DNA of 32,000 bases. It comes from Ruminococcus albus 7 = DSM 20455. Lineage in GTDB: Bacteria; Bacillota; Clostridia; Oscillospirales; Ruminococcaceae. The notes under the pieces are model-generated. The model made no database searches. It saw only the letters and a list, made by a program, of their open reading frames with translations, and was not told where the DNA came from. The stretch covers positions 990,001 through 1,022,000 of the forward strand of contig NC_014833.1 in the NCBI RefSeq assembly GCF_000179635.2, given 5' to 3'. This document shows, one piece after another, positions 19,101 through 26,528 of this stretch (within the stretch, counting starts at the first letter, position 1; each line of letters begins with the position of its first letter). Both the position numbers and the translations under genes were made by a program.

Positions 19101-19899
19101 TCTGTGTGTTCTTGAATTTGTGAAAAAGTATGCTGCCCTGAATGCTGCAGCGAGGATACTGATCATCGGAGATGAAGAGTTCGCCGGTCATCTGGCAGAC
19201 GAATTGCCGGATATTCACATTACACAATGGGTAGCCGACATATCGGAACAGGCAGATACAAATGCTTTTGATATCGTGATCTCCCGTGGTGGATTTGCAG
19301 GAGATGTACGTGCAGCAGTACGCACTGTAAGATCGTGCCTGAGACCCGGCGGGTATTTCCTTACAAGGGATGAAGCTTCTTACACTCTGCTTGATGAGAT
19401 CGATAACAGCAATACGGGTGGTCTGCTTAATACAGAGTGTTTTGCCATGCAGTGCAAGACCGACAGATATAATGTAACGGTAAAGGAAATACTGGATACG
19501 ATCAGGGATCGTTTGACGACCTATATGATTCCGACTGCATTCTGTATGCTAGATATTATTCCGGTCACATTCAATGGTAAGACTGATATGCGTGCGTTGG
19601 CTGCTCTTGCTGCTGCACGTAAACATTCAAAGGCAGGCACAGCGGCTCTGTCTTCGGGAACAGACCACATGACTGATCTGCAGAAGCAGCTTGCAGAGAT
19701 CATTGAGCAGTCGGGGATCCACGGTGCAGGCTTGACAGATAACTTCTATGATCTTGGCGCGGATTCGCTGATGATGGCACAGCTGACGGGAAATCTCCGT
19801 AAAAGTGTGGCACAGGCGATACCATTTGATGAACTTCTCCGTTTCTTGCTAAATCATCCGACACTCGGTCAGCTGTCCGTTTTTCTTGCTGATAAATAG
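16135..19899 (+). CDS. NRPS subunit: TubC-type N-terminal docking domain, heterocyclization (Cy) domain, Cys-specific A domain with an embedded MT-like remnant, T domain
   Basis: Docking: LLEALEAKGITFWCEGDKIKYKAGAGAM...KSEILELL. Cy: FVLTDVQQSYLMGR, LRAVIHEEGYQ, EFIIADWTS (16726-16752), QTPQVFIDCQV. A: FTSGSTGEPKG, FDLSVYD, GGATEASIWSN, YRTGDVG, GRSDDQIKFNGHRIEVGEIE, YMIPTAF, VTFNGKTD. Code DLYNLSLIWK. T: FYDLGADSLMMAQL. Confidence 0.95.
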   Translation: MPSKYDAARELLEALEAKGITFWCEGDKIKYKAGAGAMQKDDILRLKACKSEILELLAADSGKVKLMENKSERYEPFVLTDVQQSYLMGRGNLFDYGGVACHIYIQLCYEQLDPVRVERVWNELIAKHEMLRAVIHEEGYQQIMKEAPPFNVRDYGDLPADQIEQEMGHDAFEIGSWPYFAVGVSNYEKKAIMHISIEFIIADWTSIWMLMYQFEQLYFGELQEIQSVPISFRDYVLTEREQKESAVYAQDKAYWMKQLETFPTRPLLPVIRSNDKEKAYFERKYVRLSPDEWGRVKQYALVNGITPTTLVLMLYAAALERYSENKRFAINLTVLNRQPFHPDIDKVIGDFTTLSLLEIDFGSGKDFLETAKITGERLFGNMDHSSYSGVEFMREISRSKGPDAAFMPYVFTSAVGLFSSMPDMMIRGMGEGSGISQTPQVFIDCQVMDGNFGMQVNWDIRKGVFEPCIIEDMFTLFREMLCSIVDGMPVIPDHPAYQAQLLADVNRTAQKLPTPLLHENILRAAAEYPDKTAVISGRNTYTYSQLLCIAGGIFQKLKTLSPLREEPIGIAAEKSVYQPAGALAILCAGCAYVPISVEQGTQRIESILRRSGIRIILTTTQDNTPYPEDITVIRADTLSECELEPEVLQDRSDSELAYIIFTSGSTGEPKGVAISHAGAVNTIEDINRRYNVTEKDSVLGVSQLSFDLSVYDIFGVLGTGGTLVYPEDERKKEPAHLAQLIAQHHITLWNSVPSLLRMVMVYLASETKTTEIESLRLVLLSGDWIPLDLPDTLLRYAPDAQVVSLGGATEASIWSNYHDYHGLCSNFRSIPYGRPLANQEFRVLDEHLRNCPVGVKGDLYILGKGLAQGYYRDPERTQKQFFIHPITGERMYRTGDVGMYHHNGEIEFLGRSDDQIKFNGHRIEVGEIESAVSRTPGIARNIVVYTDVDGEKTLTCYYETAVADEAKRTAYTDEWNAMTADFQHDPSFDLCVLEFVKKYAALNAAARILIIGDEEFAGHLADELPDIHITQWVADISEQADTNAFDIVISRGGFAGDVRAAVRTVRSCLRPGGYFLTRDEASYTLLDEIDNSNTGGLLNTECFAMQCKTDRYNVTVKEILDTIRDRLTTYMIPTAFCMLDIIPVTFNGKTDMRALAALAAARKHSKAGTAALSSGTDHMTDLQKQLAEIIEQSGIHGAGLTDNFYDLGADSLMMAQLTGNLRKSVAQAIPFDELLRFLLNHPTLGQLSVFLADK

Positions 19900-19949
19900 A
19901 GTGTACATCTGTCATAAGACCTTATATTGCTCTGAAGGAGGAAAAAACA

Positions 19950-20624
19950 GTGTACTCTGAATTAACCGGTATTTGTCATGAAAAAGTGAAGTGTGATCCG
20001 TTTCTTGTGCTGTTTGATGCACAGACCATTACCGATGCACAGCTTGAGAAGTTGGAGAGTATACTGCCTCCGTATCGGGTGAAGTACGCTGAAAGATATC
20101 GTAAACGGGAAGACCGTGTAAACAGTATGGTTGCATTTGCAATGCTGGCATATCTGCTGAAGACCTGCTATCATACTCAGCTGCCACAGACGGAGCATAG
20201 GAACGCTTACGGAAAACCGCTTCTGGATGCACCCCTTCAGATGAGTATATCGCATTGTAGCTGCGCCGTATGCTGTGCTGTTGCATCAGGGGAGGTTGGT
20301 GTGGATGTGCAGGAACTTGTGACAGATTGTTCAGGGATCGCCGAATTGGTACTGTCAGGATCACAGTATGAAACCTATTGTGCTTCTGATGCACCTGAAC
20401 GATGTTTTACCGAATTCTGGACACAGAAAGAAGCATATCTGAAACTGCAGGGGACAGGACTGACCGATGATCTTTCACAAATTGATCCCATGATCTGTGC
20501 AGGATCACTGCAGCATAAAACTGTCTGGTACGATAATATCTGTATAAGTACTTGTTCCGAGAACCCGTTGGAGCATCGTATCATAACAGTGAATGAATTG
20601 CGTGCTGTGCTTCAGAGATCCTGA
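19950..20624 (+). CDS. Sfp-type 4'-phosphopantetheinyl transferase
   Basis: GTG start 8 nt after GAAGGAGG. Motifs: YGKPLL, SISHC, GVDVQE (20298-20315), FWTQKEAYLKLQGTG. Size of 224 aa is typical of the Sfp family. Confidence 0.85.
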   Translation: MYSELTGICHEKVKCDPFLVLFDAQTITDAQLEKLESILPPYRVKYAERYRKREDRVNSMVAFAMLAYLLKTCYHTQLPQTEHRNAYGKPLLDAPLQMSISHCSCAVCCAVASGEVGVDVQELVTDCSGIAELVLSGSQYETYCASDAPERCFTEFWTQKEAYLKLQGTGLTDDLSQIDPMICAGSLQHKTVWYDNICISTCSENPLEHRIITVNELRAVLQRS

Positions 20625-20788
20625 TCCTGATATATATTATCAGATACAGACGGTGTTTTCTGTATGAAAAAATATAGTATCCTGTTCAACATCAAGGCAG
20701 ATTATGTTGAAATGAACATTGGTCATAAAACACCGCTCTGTGATTTTGTAAGATAGTTAGAAAAAACTAACCGAGGCGTTTATCTGCA

Positions 20789-20817
20789 TTGACATTACTC
20801 CTTCAAAGTGATATTAT
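20789..20817 (+). promoter_or_regulatory. Sigma-70-like promoter for the ABC transporter operon
   Basis: TTGACA (20789-20794), 17-nt spacer, TATTAT (20812-20817). Lies about 80 nt upstream of ATG 20897. Confidence 0.45.
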
Positions 20818-20896
20818 ATTTTATGGTTAAGTACAACTAACCCGAACATAAGTGATCAAATCCCTTGTGTTTGATAAATATGAAGGAGAGTTAAAA

Positions 20897-21604
20897 ATGA
20901 AAGAAACAGCGGTAGAATTCAAGGATGTTGTAAAGATCTATGGTAAAGGGGAGGGTGCTCAGACTGCTGTAGACAATGTAAGCTTTAAGATAGACAAAGG
21001 TGAGTTTGTGGTCATACTGGGTCAGTCGGGTGCAGGAAAGTCCACTGTGCTGAATATGCTTGGCGGCATGGATGTACCCACATCAGGCAAGGTGATAGTT
21101 GACGGTCAGGAGATATCGTCATTCAATGATAAAAAGCTTTCGCAGTACCGTGCGGAAGTTATCGGTTTTATTTTCCAGTTCTATAATCTTATCCCGGGGC
21201 TGACGGCTTATGAGAATGTTGCGCTGGTCAAGGATATTAAAAAGTCTGCACTTGATGCAAATGAAATGCTTGACCGTGTGGGGCTATCAGACCAGAAGCA
21301 TAAGTTCCCGGCGCAGATGTCAGGCGGCCAGCAGCAGAGAGTTTCTATCGCACGCGCACTTGCAAAAGATCCCAAGATCATTCTTGGCGATGAGCCTACA
21401 GGTGCTCTTGATTCCGAAACGGGCAGGATAGTCATCGAACTGCTGCAAAAGCTTTCCACTGAGGACGGAAACACAGTCATTCTCGTTACCCATAACGCGG
21501 ATATAGCGAAGTGTGCAAATAAAGTCATCCATATGAAGAATGCGAAGATAAAGTCTGTAAAGATAAATGAACATCCACTCTCGGCAGATGAGATAGAGTG
21601 GTAA
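20897..21604 (+). CDS. ABC transporter ATP-binding protein (MacB/FtsE-like)
   Basis: GAAGGAGAG RBS before ATG 20897; the track start at 20852 has none. Walker A GQSGAGKST, signature MSGGQQQRVSIARAL, Walker B IILGDEPTGALD, H-loop VTHN. Confidence 0.95.
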   Translation: MKETAVEFKDVVKIYGKGEGAQTAVDNVSFKIDKGEFVVILGQSGAGKSTVLNMLGGMDVPTSGKVIVDGQEISSFNDKKLSQYRAEVIGFIFQFYNLIPGLTAYENVALVKDIKKSALDANEMLDRVGLSDQKHKFPAQMSGGQQQRVSIARALAKDPKIILGDEPTGALDSETGRIVIELLQKLSTEDGNTVILVTHNADIAKCANKVIHMKNAKIKSVKINEHPLSADEIEW

Positions 21605-21616
21605 GGGGGCGGCAGT

Positions 21617-23911
21617 ATGCTTAGGAAAAAAATGCTGCGCGATATCAGAAGCAATTTTGCACAGTTCTTCTCAATATTCATTCTCGCTGTAGTGGCGATG
21701 TGGTGCTTTACGGGTTTTCAGTCGGATGTCATCGGCGGAAGACGTGCCATGAAAAACTTTACTGAAAGTACTAATTTCTCTGACGGCTGGATATACGGCA
21801 GCGGATTTGACAGCAAACAGGCGGATAAAGTAAAAAATATCGACGGCATCAAAGACGTTCAACTGAGATGTGAAGTTCTAGGCAAGGCAGATGAGAAGTA
21901 CAACACAGCTGAGATATGGTGTTATTTTCAGAACGATAATATCGTAACAAGACCTTATACAGTCAGGGGCGCTGAATTTGATCCTGCAGATACCGATGGT
22001 TTGTGGCTGTTCGAGGCTTTTGCAAGTACATGGGGTCTTGATGTCGGAGATAAATTCACCGTACATGTTATGGGGCAGGACATCGAAAAAGAGATAAAAG
22101 GTCTTATAGAATCACCTGAGCACATTTTCTCCTGTGCTTCAAGTGATACCGATACCGATTTCCATAATATCGGATCTGCGTATCTGTCACAGAAAGTACT
22201 TCCCGAGGAAATGCGTATAAACAATGAGATGGTATTCACCTGCGATGGTAAGGCGCTTTCTTATGAAAAAGATATCGACAATGCCCTTGACGGCGGTTAT
22301 TCCTTTATTGCTGACCGCAAGAGCATTGACGGCTACAACCGCCTTGTGGATGAATTGGATCAGCATGACGGTTTTTCATACATATTCTCATTTGTGTTCG
22401 TGGCGATAGCTATGCTCGTCATAACTACAACAATGAAGCGTATGGTGGCACAGCAGCGTACACAGATAGGCACTCTGAACGCACTGGGAATGAAGCGCCG
22501 CAAGATAATGCTTCACTATCTTGGGTACAGCTTTATTCTGTCTTTACTTGGCTGTATTACGGGCATGGTGCTGGGTATATATACTTTCGGCAGAATGATG
22601 ATAGATATGTTTTCGGCATTTTATCGTTTGCCCGATTGGAAAGGCGGATTCGATTACAAGAGCGCCGCAGTTGCGGCTGTCATCGTGCTGGTATGCACAG
22701 GCGCAGCGTATTTCAGCTGTTATCAGATACTAAAGATACACCCGTCGGAAGCTCTTCGTCCTGCTGCGGCAAAAAACGCAAAGCCCTGCATATTCGAGAA
22801 AATGCCATTCTGGGATAAACTTGGATTTACTACACGTTACAGCCTGCGTGATATCTCACGTTCAAAGCTTCGTGCGGTTATGGGGATATTCGGCACTTGT
22901 GTCGGCATGATGGTGATGACCCTCGGTCTTGGTGCTTTGGATACACTTGACTATGTGCGAAGCTGGTACTTTGATGATATACAGAATTACAGCAGCCAGG
23001 TGATACTTTCTGACAGCTGTACAATTGAAGAAGCAGAAGACCTTTCGGAAGAATATGACGGCGAACTTATCGGTATGGGGCTTATATCCATAGCTTCAGA
23101 CGACCACCCTGTTTCAGATGATATCATAAGCTGTAAACTGTCTATAACAGAGGGCAAGGGGTTGTTCTGTATATCAGACACCGACCTGAATGCGGAAAAA
23201 CTGAAACCGGGAACAGTGGCTTTGACGATGAAACAGGCTGCTAAGCTTGGTCTTGAAAAAGGCGACAGCGTTTACTGGAAGACATCAGATGGTGATAAGT
23301 GGATAAGAAGTGAGATCGGATCCATATCACGTCATCCGTCAATAACCGGCATTACTATACTCCGCAAAGACTATGAAGGCGAAGGCTTTGAATTCAAGCC
23401 GCAGATGATGGTCACAAGGAAAGACTGTTCCGAGGCGGAGAACAGAGAATATGTATCCGCAGTGCACAGCATGGATGACCTAAAAGCCGCTTTTGACAAG
23501 ACCATGGAGATCATGGACCTGCTGGTATATTTCATGGTTTTCTTCTCTTCACTCCTGATTATCATAGTTCTTTACAATTCCGGCAATCTCAGCTTCAACG
23601 AACGTGAGAAGGAATTTGCGACTCTGAAAGTTATCGGCTTTGGAAGTCCGAGAGTACGCAGACTTATATCTGTGCAGAATCTATGGCTGTCACTTATAGG
23701 CACGGTATGCGGAATACCATTCGGAAAGAAGATATTGCAGGCGATGATGGATTCAAACGGTGATGCTATCGACTGGCCGTGTTATATCAGACCACTGACA
23801 TATATGCTGTCTGGCGCGTTCGTTATAGGTATTTCGGTATTGGTTGGATTCATGTTCTCAAAGAGGATAAAGCGTATAGATATGGTTGGTGTCCTGAAAG
23901 GTCTGGAATAA
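21617..23911 (+). CDS. ABC transporter permease with two FtsX-like membrane domains and two large extracytoplasmic loops
   Basis: 764 aa, immediately downstream of the ATPase. The N-terminal TM (FFSIFILAVVAMW) is followed by a ~220-aa loop. Hydrophobic clusters occur around aa 255-375 and 410-440, and again at the C-terminus after a second loop. This is the FtsX/MacB duplicated topology. Confidence 0.85.
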   Translation: MLRKKMLRDIRSNFAQFFSIFILAVVAMWCFTGFQSDVIGGRRAMKNFTESTNFSDGWIYGSGFDSKQADKVKNIDGIKDVQLRCEVLGKADEKYNTAEIWCYFQNDNIVTRPYTVRGAEFDPADTDGLWLFEAFASTWGLDVGDKFTVHVMGQDIEKEIKGLIESPEHIFSCASSDTDTDFHNIGSAYLSQKVLPEEMRINNEMVFTCDGKALSYEKDIDNALDGGYSFIADRKSIDGYNRLVDELDQHDGFSYIFSFVFVAIAMLVITTTMKRMVAQQRTQIGTLNALGMKRRKIMLHYLGYSFILSLLGCITGMVLGIYTFGRMMIDMFSAFYRLPDWKGGFDYKSAAVAAVIVLVCTGAAYFSCYQILKIHPSEALRPAAAKNAKPCIFEKMPFWDKLGFTTRYSLRDISRSKLRAVMGIFGTCVGMMVMTLGLGALDTLDYVRSWYFDDIQNYSSQVILSDSCTIEEAEDLSEEYDGELIGMGLISIASDDHPVSDDIISCKLSITEGKGLFCISDTDLNAEKLKPGTVALTMKQAAKLGLEKGDSVYWKTSDGDKWIRSEIGSISRHPSITGITILRKDYEGEGFEFKPQMMVTRKDCSEAENREYVSAVHSMDDLKAAFDKTMEIMDLLVYFMVFFSSLLIIIVLYNSGNLSFNEREKEFATLKVIGFGSPRVRRLISVQNLWLSLIGTVCGIPFGKKILQAMMDSNGDAIDWPCYIRPLTYMLSGAFVIGISVLVGFMFSKRIKRIDMVGVLKGLE

Positions 23912-23963
23912 TATCTTATATGGGTATCCCTAGGACACAAGAGAATAACTATACATATACTGT

Positions 23964-24000
23964 AAAAAAACTCTCCGCCCGTTAACTGGCAGAGAGCTTT
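23964..24000. terminator. Putative bidirectional rho-independent terminator between convergent genes
   Basis: A-run, stem CTCTCCGCC (23971-23979), 8-nt loop, stem GGCAGAGAG (23988-23996, one mismatch), then CTTT. Confidence 0.5.
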
Positions 24001-24008
24001 GGATGTTA

Positions 24009-25667
24009 TTATTTGAAAAAGTTTATGATATGATCTTTGTCGTCTTCCATGGACAAGAATTCAAAATCACCTGTATTTTCATTGAATTTTTCATTTGAAA
24101 TCTTATCAGAACCGATATCCGAAATACTTTTTTCTATTGTTTTTAACTCATTTAGATTACCATCAGCAGTCTCATACAAAGTGAACTTCATCTTGCCATT
24201 ATTTGTATTTACCGATAAAGCATATTTACCGCTTTGTGACAAGCAGACATGACCATTATTGCCGTTTGTATTAAGATCATATTCAGTTACAGTATAATTT
24301 TTGTCGCCGACTTTAACATTACCGTTAGCATCGGGTCTTATTGTTGAAACACGGTTATCATTTTCAAAAGCAAGATAAATAACGTCATTATCTTTTACTA
24401 CGTGTGGTATGGGATTCGGATGGTCATTGGTTCCTTTCATAACATTGTGTGCTGCATTTTTATTGCTGCTGTTGGTGTCAAGGGTGTAAAGATCAATACC
24501 GTTGCTGCCATCTTTGTATCCGCATGAAATGACAAGCAGATCATTTGAAATTGCAGTTTGCTGGAAGTATAAATAATCTTTACTATAAAATTCAGCGATC
24601 TTAAATGCTTTTTTCTGATTTTCATAGTCGAAGCAGTAGTAAGCTGTTTTGGTAGCATCTTTATTCCAGATGTCAAAGATCAGTTTTTTACCGTTTGGGG
24701 TAGCATTTACCCCAGAATACTGTTTTTCGTTGTCGAATATACCTGCTTTTTTAATATCGATATTATAATCGTAAACCAAGTTTCCGTTTGTGTCATATAT
24801 GGAGTATTCCACAGGGGCATCGTCAGGATTATATAATGTTGCAAATTTATCATCAAGTGTACCACTGAAGTTTTTGTCCATGGGAACAGTAGCGATAATA
24901 GAATCAGAAGGTACATCATATATCATATAATCACCTGTTGCATTTTCGCTCCAATCATATACAAGATACCTGTTATCATTTATTCTGTAAATTCCATGAT
25001 TAGGATAAGCGTTGTCCAACTTTGCATCGATGTCTTCACGGATCCTGTCTTTCAGGCTATTCGTATCATCCGTCTTGTTTTCGTTGATATTATTATCCTT
25101 GTTGTTCTCTTTGTTGGCATCAACAACTATTACCGACTCATTATCATTTCGGTTGTCTGTTTTAGCGTCTTTCTTGTTATCTGTTTTGCTGTCATTATTG
25201 TCGTCTGTGCTGTCGTTTATGATATCTTCAGTATCCGTTTCGCTTTCGTTAGTGCTGTTTTCATTATCATCCTCGGGGTCTGTGGTGACAGCTTCATTGT
25301 ATATTGAAGAATCTCTGTCGTTATTGGGAACAGTGTTGTGCATATTTCTGTTCAACGAGAATATAACTCCGCCTGCAGCGATTATTGCGATACAAGCTGC
25401 TATCGCACCGCCGCGCCTCAGCTGTATCTTTCCTGTGGACTGTTCTTCATTTGTACTGTTCGTTCTTGATGTAATATTTCTTTTTGCTGTTATCACACTA
25501 TTTGTATTGTTCATCTCAAATCCTGCCTTTCTCATAACGGAAGAGAGTATGCGCTGCTGTTCCTCATCTGTGAGCTTGTCATCATCGAAGGAAGCAAGCT
25601 CATCAGCAAGCTTTTCTGCATCTGACAGAGATACGCTTTCTGTCAATGCGTTCAGTTTATCCTTCAT
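24009..25667 (-). CDS. Single-pass membrane protein, putative anti-sigma factor with a D/N-rich linker and a beta-rich extracytoplasmic domain
   Basis: Its ATG shares 1 nt with the stop of the upstream sigma gene (TAATG). Short cytoplasmic N-terminus (LTDEEQQRILSSVMRKA), one TM (GGAIAACIAIIAAGGVIF, nt 25356-25412), a low-complexity D/N/T/K region (nt ~25023-25331), then a ~340-aa Y/N/D/G-rich domain. The anti-sigma call rests on context only. Confidence 0.5.
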   Translation of the reverse strand: MKDKLNALTESVSLSDAEKLADELASFDDDKLTDEEQQRILSSVMRKAGFEMNNTNSVITAKRNITSRTNSTNEEQSTGKIQLRRGGAIAACIAIIAAGGVIFSLNRNMHNTVPNNDRDSSIYNEAVTTDPEDDNENSTNESETDTEDIINDSTDDNNDSKTDNKKDAKTDNRNDNESVIVVDANKENNKDNNINENKTDDTNSLKDRIREDIDAKLDNAYPNHGIYRINDNRYLVYDWSENATGDYMIYDVPSDSIIATVPMDKNFSGTLDDKFATLYNPDDAPVEYSIYDTNGNLVYDYNIDIKKAGIFDNEKQYSGVNATPNGKKLIFDIWNKDATKTAYYCFDYENQKKAFKIAEFYSKDYLYFQQTAISNDLLVISCGYKDGSNGIDLYTLDTNSSNKNAAHNVMKGTNDHPNPIPHVVKDNDVIYLAFENDNRVSTIRPDANGNVKVGDKNYTVTEYDLNTNGNNGHVCLSQSGKYALSVNTNNGKMKFTLYETADGNLNELKTIEKSISDIGSDKISNEKFNENTGDFEFLSMEDDKDHIINFFK

Positions 25668-26191
25668 TACACACCCTCCTCTAATATTTTCTTTAGCTTT
25701 TTCAGTCCGCGAGACAGCTTCATATTCAGCGTGCTGATATTCATGCCAAGGTCTTTGGCGATGTCTTTGTTTTTCTCGCCAAGATAGTATTTGCGTATAA
25801 ATATCTGTTCATCAGGTTCGCCCAGCTGTTTTATGGCATCTATAAGGTCGGAATTTTCGCTGTTGTCTTCTGCGATAGTATTTTCCAGATCATCATAGTC
25901 AAGCATTTCTTCCTGTTTGCACTGTCGGTGAAATACATTTATACAGTGACGTTTTGCTATCACCATAAGCATCGCACGCACCGAACGCATATCAAAGCCG
26001 TTTTTCTTACCCAGCTCGTAAAAAATAAGAAAGATATCACTTACAGCTTCTTCGATGTCCTCTCTGGTGCATACATCACGAAGCCGTGTATAAGCTATCT
26101 TATGTACATAAGCACTATACTGCATTACAGTCTGTGCAAGTCCTTGTTGCGTATTGCTTTTCAGCAATTGCAGCAGTTCTTTATCATTCAT
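25667..26191 (-). CDS. RNA polymerase sigma factor, sigma-70/ECF-like family
   Basis: ATG 26191 (MNDKELLQ) lies 8 nt after GAGG. Region-2-like DIEEAVSDIFLIFYE...VIAKRHCINVFR and a region-4 HTH IFIRKYYLGEKNKDIAKDLGMNISTLNMKLSRGLKKLK. Confidence 0.8.
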   Translation of the reverse strand: MNDKELLQLLKSNTQQGLAQTVMQYSAYVHKIAYTRLRDVCTREDIEEAVSDIFLIFYELGKKNGFDMRSVRAMLMVIAKRHCINVFHRQCKQEEMLDYDDLENTIAEDNSENSDLIDAIKQLGEPDEQIFIRKYYLGEKNKDIAKDLGMNISTLNMKLSRGLKKLKKILEEGV

Positions 26192-26457
26192 ATGAAAACC
26201 TCGCTTATTGAAACGTTTCACTATATACAGTCAAATGATATAAGCAAAAAATCACATAGGCATAAAATTATTTGCAAAAAATATTGTAAATAATCTATGA
26301 ACGCATCCAAACGCGTTGATAAGTGTGGTATAACAGATCATAATATACCCGGGATCAGGCATATTTTTTCAGCCTTTCAATTATACACTAAATGCTCATA
26401 GTTGTAAAGATTAAAAGTATCAAAGCACTGCTGTACGTAAACTCCACAGATACTTCC

Positions 26458-26486
26458 TTGCCAAATATACATAAATAAGCTATAAT
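26458..26486 (+). promoter_or_regulatory. Sigma-70-like promoter for the XRE regulator gene
   Basis: TTGCCA (26458-26463), 17-nt spacer, TATAAT (26481-26486). Confidence 0.45.
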
Positions 26487-26528
26487 GATATCAGCAAAAG
26501 CGCTTTTGTATCAGTACAAGGAGTGATA

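Noticed and set aside
1046-19915. Dozens of 60-190-aa ORFs in the track, on the minus strand or in alternative + frames inside the NRPS/PKS genes (for example 1342-1785, 6277-6816, 11266-11706, 12504-13070, 18521-18979).
   Set aside because: All lie entirely within long ORFs that carry dense, ordered NRPS/PKS core motifs. None has a recognisable motif or an RBS. They are the expected shadow ORFs of long genes.
20625-20665. Two small hairpins after the PPTase stop (CTGATA-tatat-TATCAG at 20627-20643; ATACAGA-N8-TCTGTAT at 20644-20665), considered as the cluster terminator.
   Set aside because: The stems are short and AT-rich and no T-tract follows. They may reduce read-through, but I cannot support a terminator call.
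20664-20756. A 30-codon ORF (MKKYSILFNIKADYVEMNIGHKTPLCDFVR) between the PPTase and the ABC promoter. It could be imagined as a small peptide or leader.
   Set aside because: It has no RBS, and its ATG lies inside a hairpin (ATACAGA...TCTGTAT, 20644-20665). It has no signal-peptide or RiPP-like features, and its length is within chance expectation for AT-rich DNA.
20852-20896. GTG-type track start at 20852 for the ABC ATPase, and GTG 26221 for the sigma factor.
   Set aside because: Strong RBSs sit immediately before the internal ATGs at 20897 (GAAGGAGAG) and 26191 (GAGG). The longer versions have no RBS, and the 20852 version would begin only ~35 nt after the -10 box.
20600-24000. An apparent compositional or codon-usage change (more ATA/AAA-rich codons) downstream of the biosynthetic operon, suggesting the cluster is a horizontally acquired island.
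   Set aside because: Spot counts of GC on individual 60-nt lines ranged from ~28% to ~57% with no clean boundary. This needs a sliding-window GC/codon calculation and flanking sequence, so no claim is made.
24996-25737. Plus-strand ORFs of 241 aa and 103 aa (S/L/F/V-rich) overlapping the anti-sigma-like gene.
   Set aside because: They are the antisense reading of the D/N/K/E-rich low-complexity region. Their composition mirrors it, no RBS is present, and the minus-strand gene is supported by coupling to the sigma gene and a sensible TM topology.
26300-26316. The palindrome AACGCGTT (26309-26316) with a nearby AACGC repeat in the sigma/XRE divergent intergenic region, considered as an operator.
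   Set aside because: It is a single 8-bp palindrome with no second copy and no clear position relative to either promoter. It could easily occur by chance.
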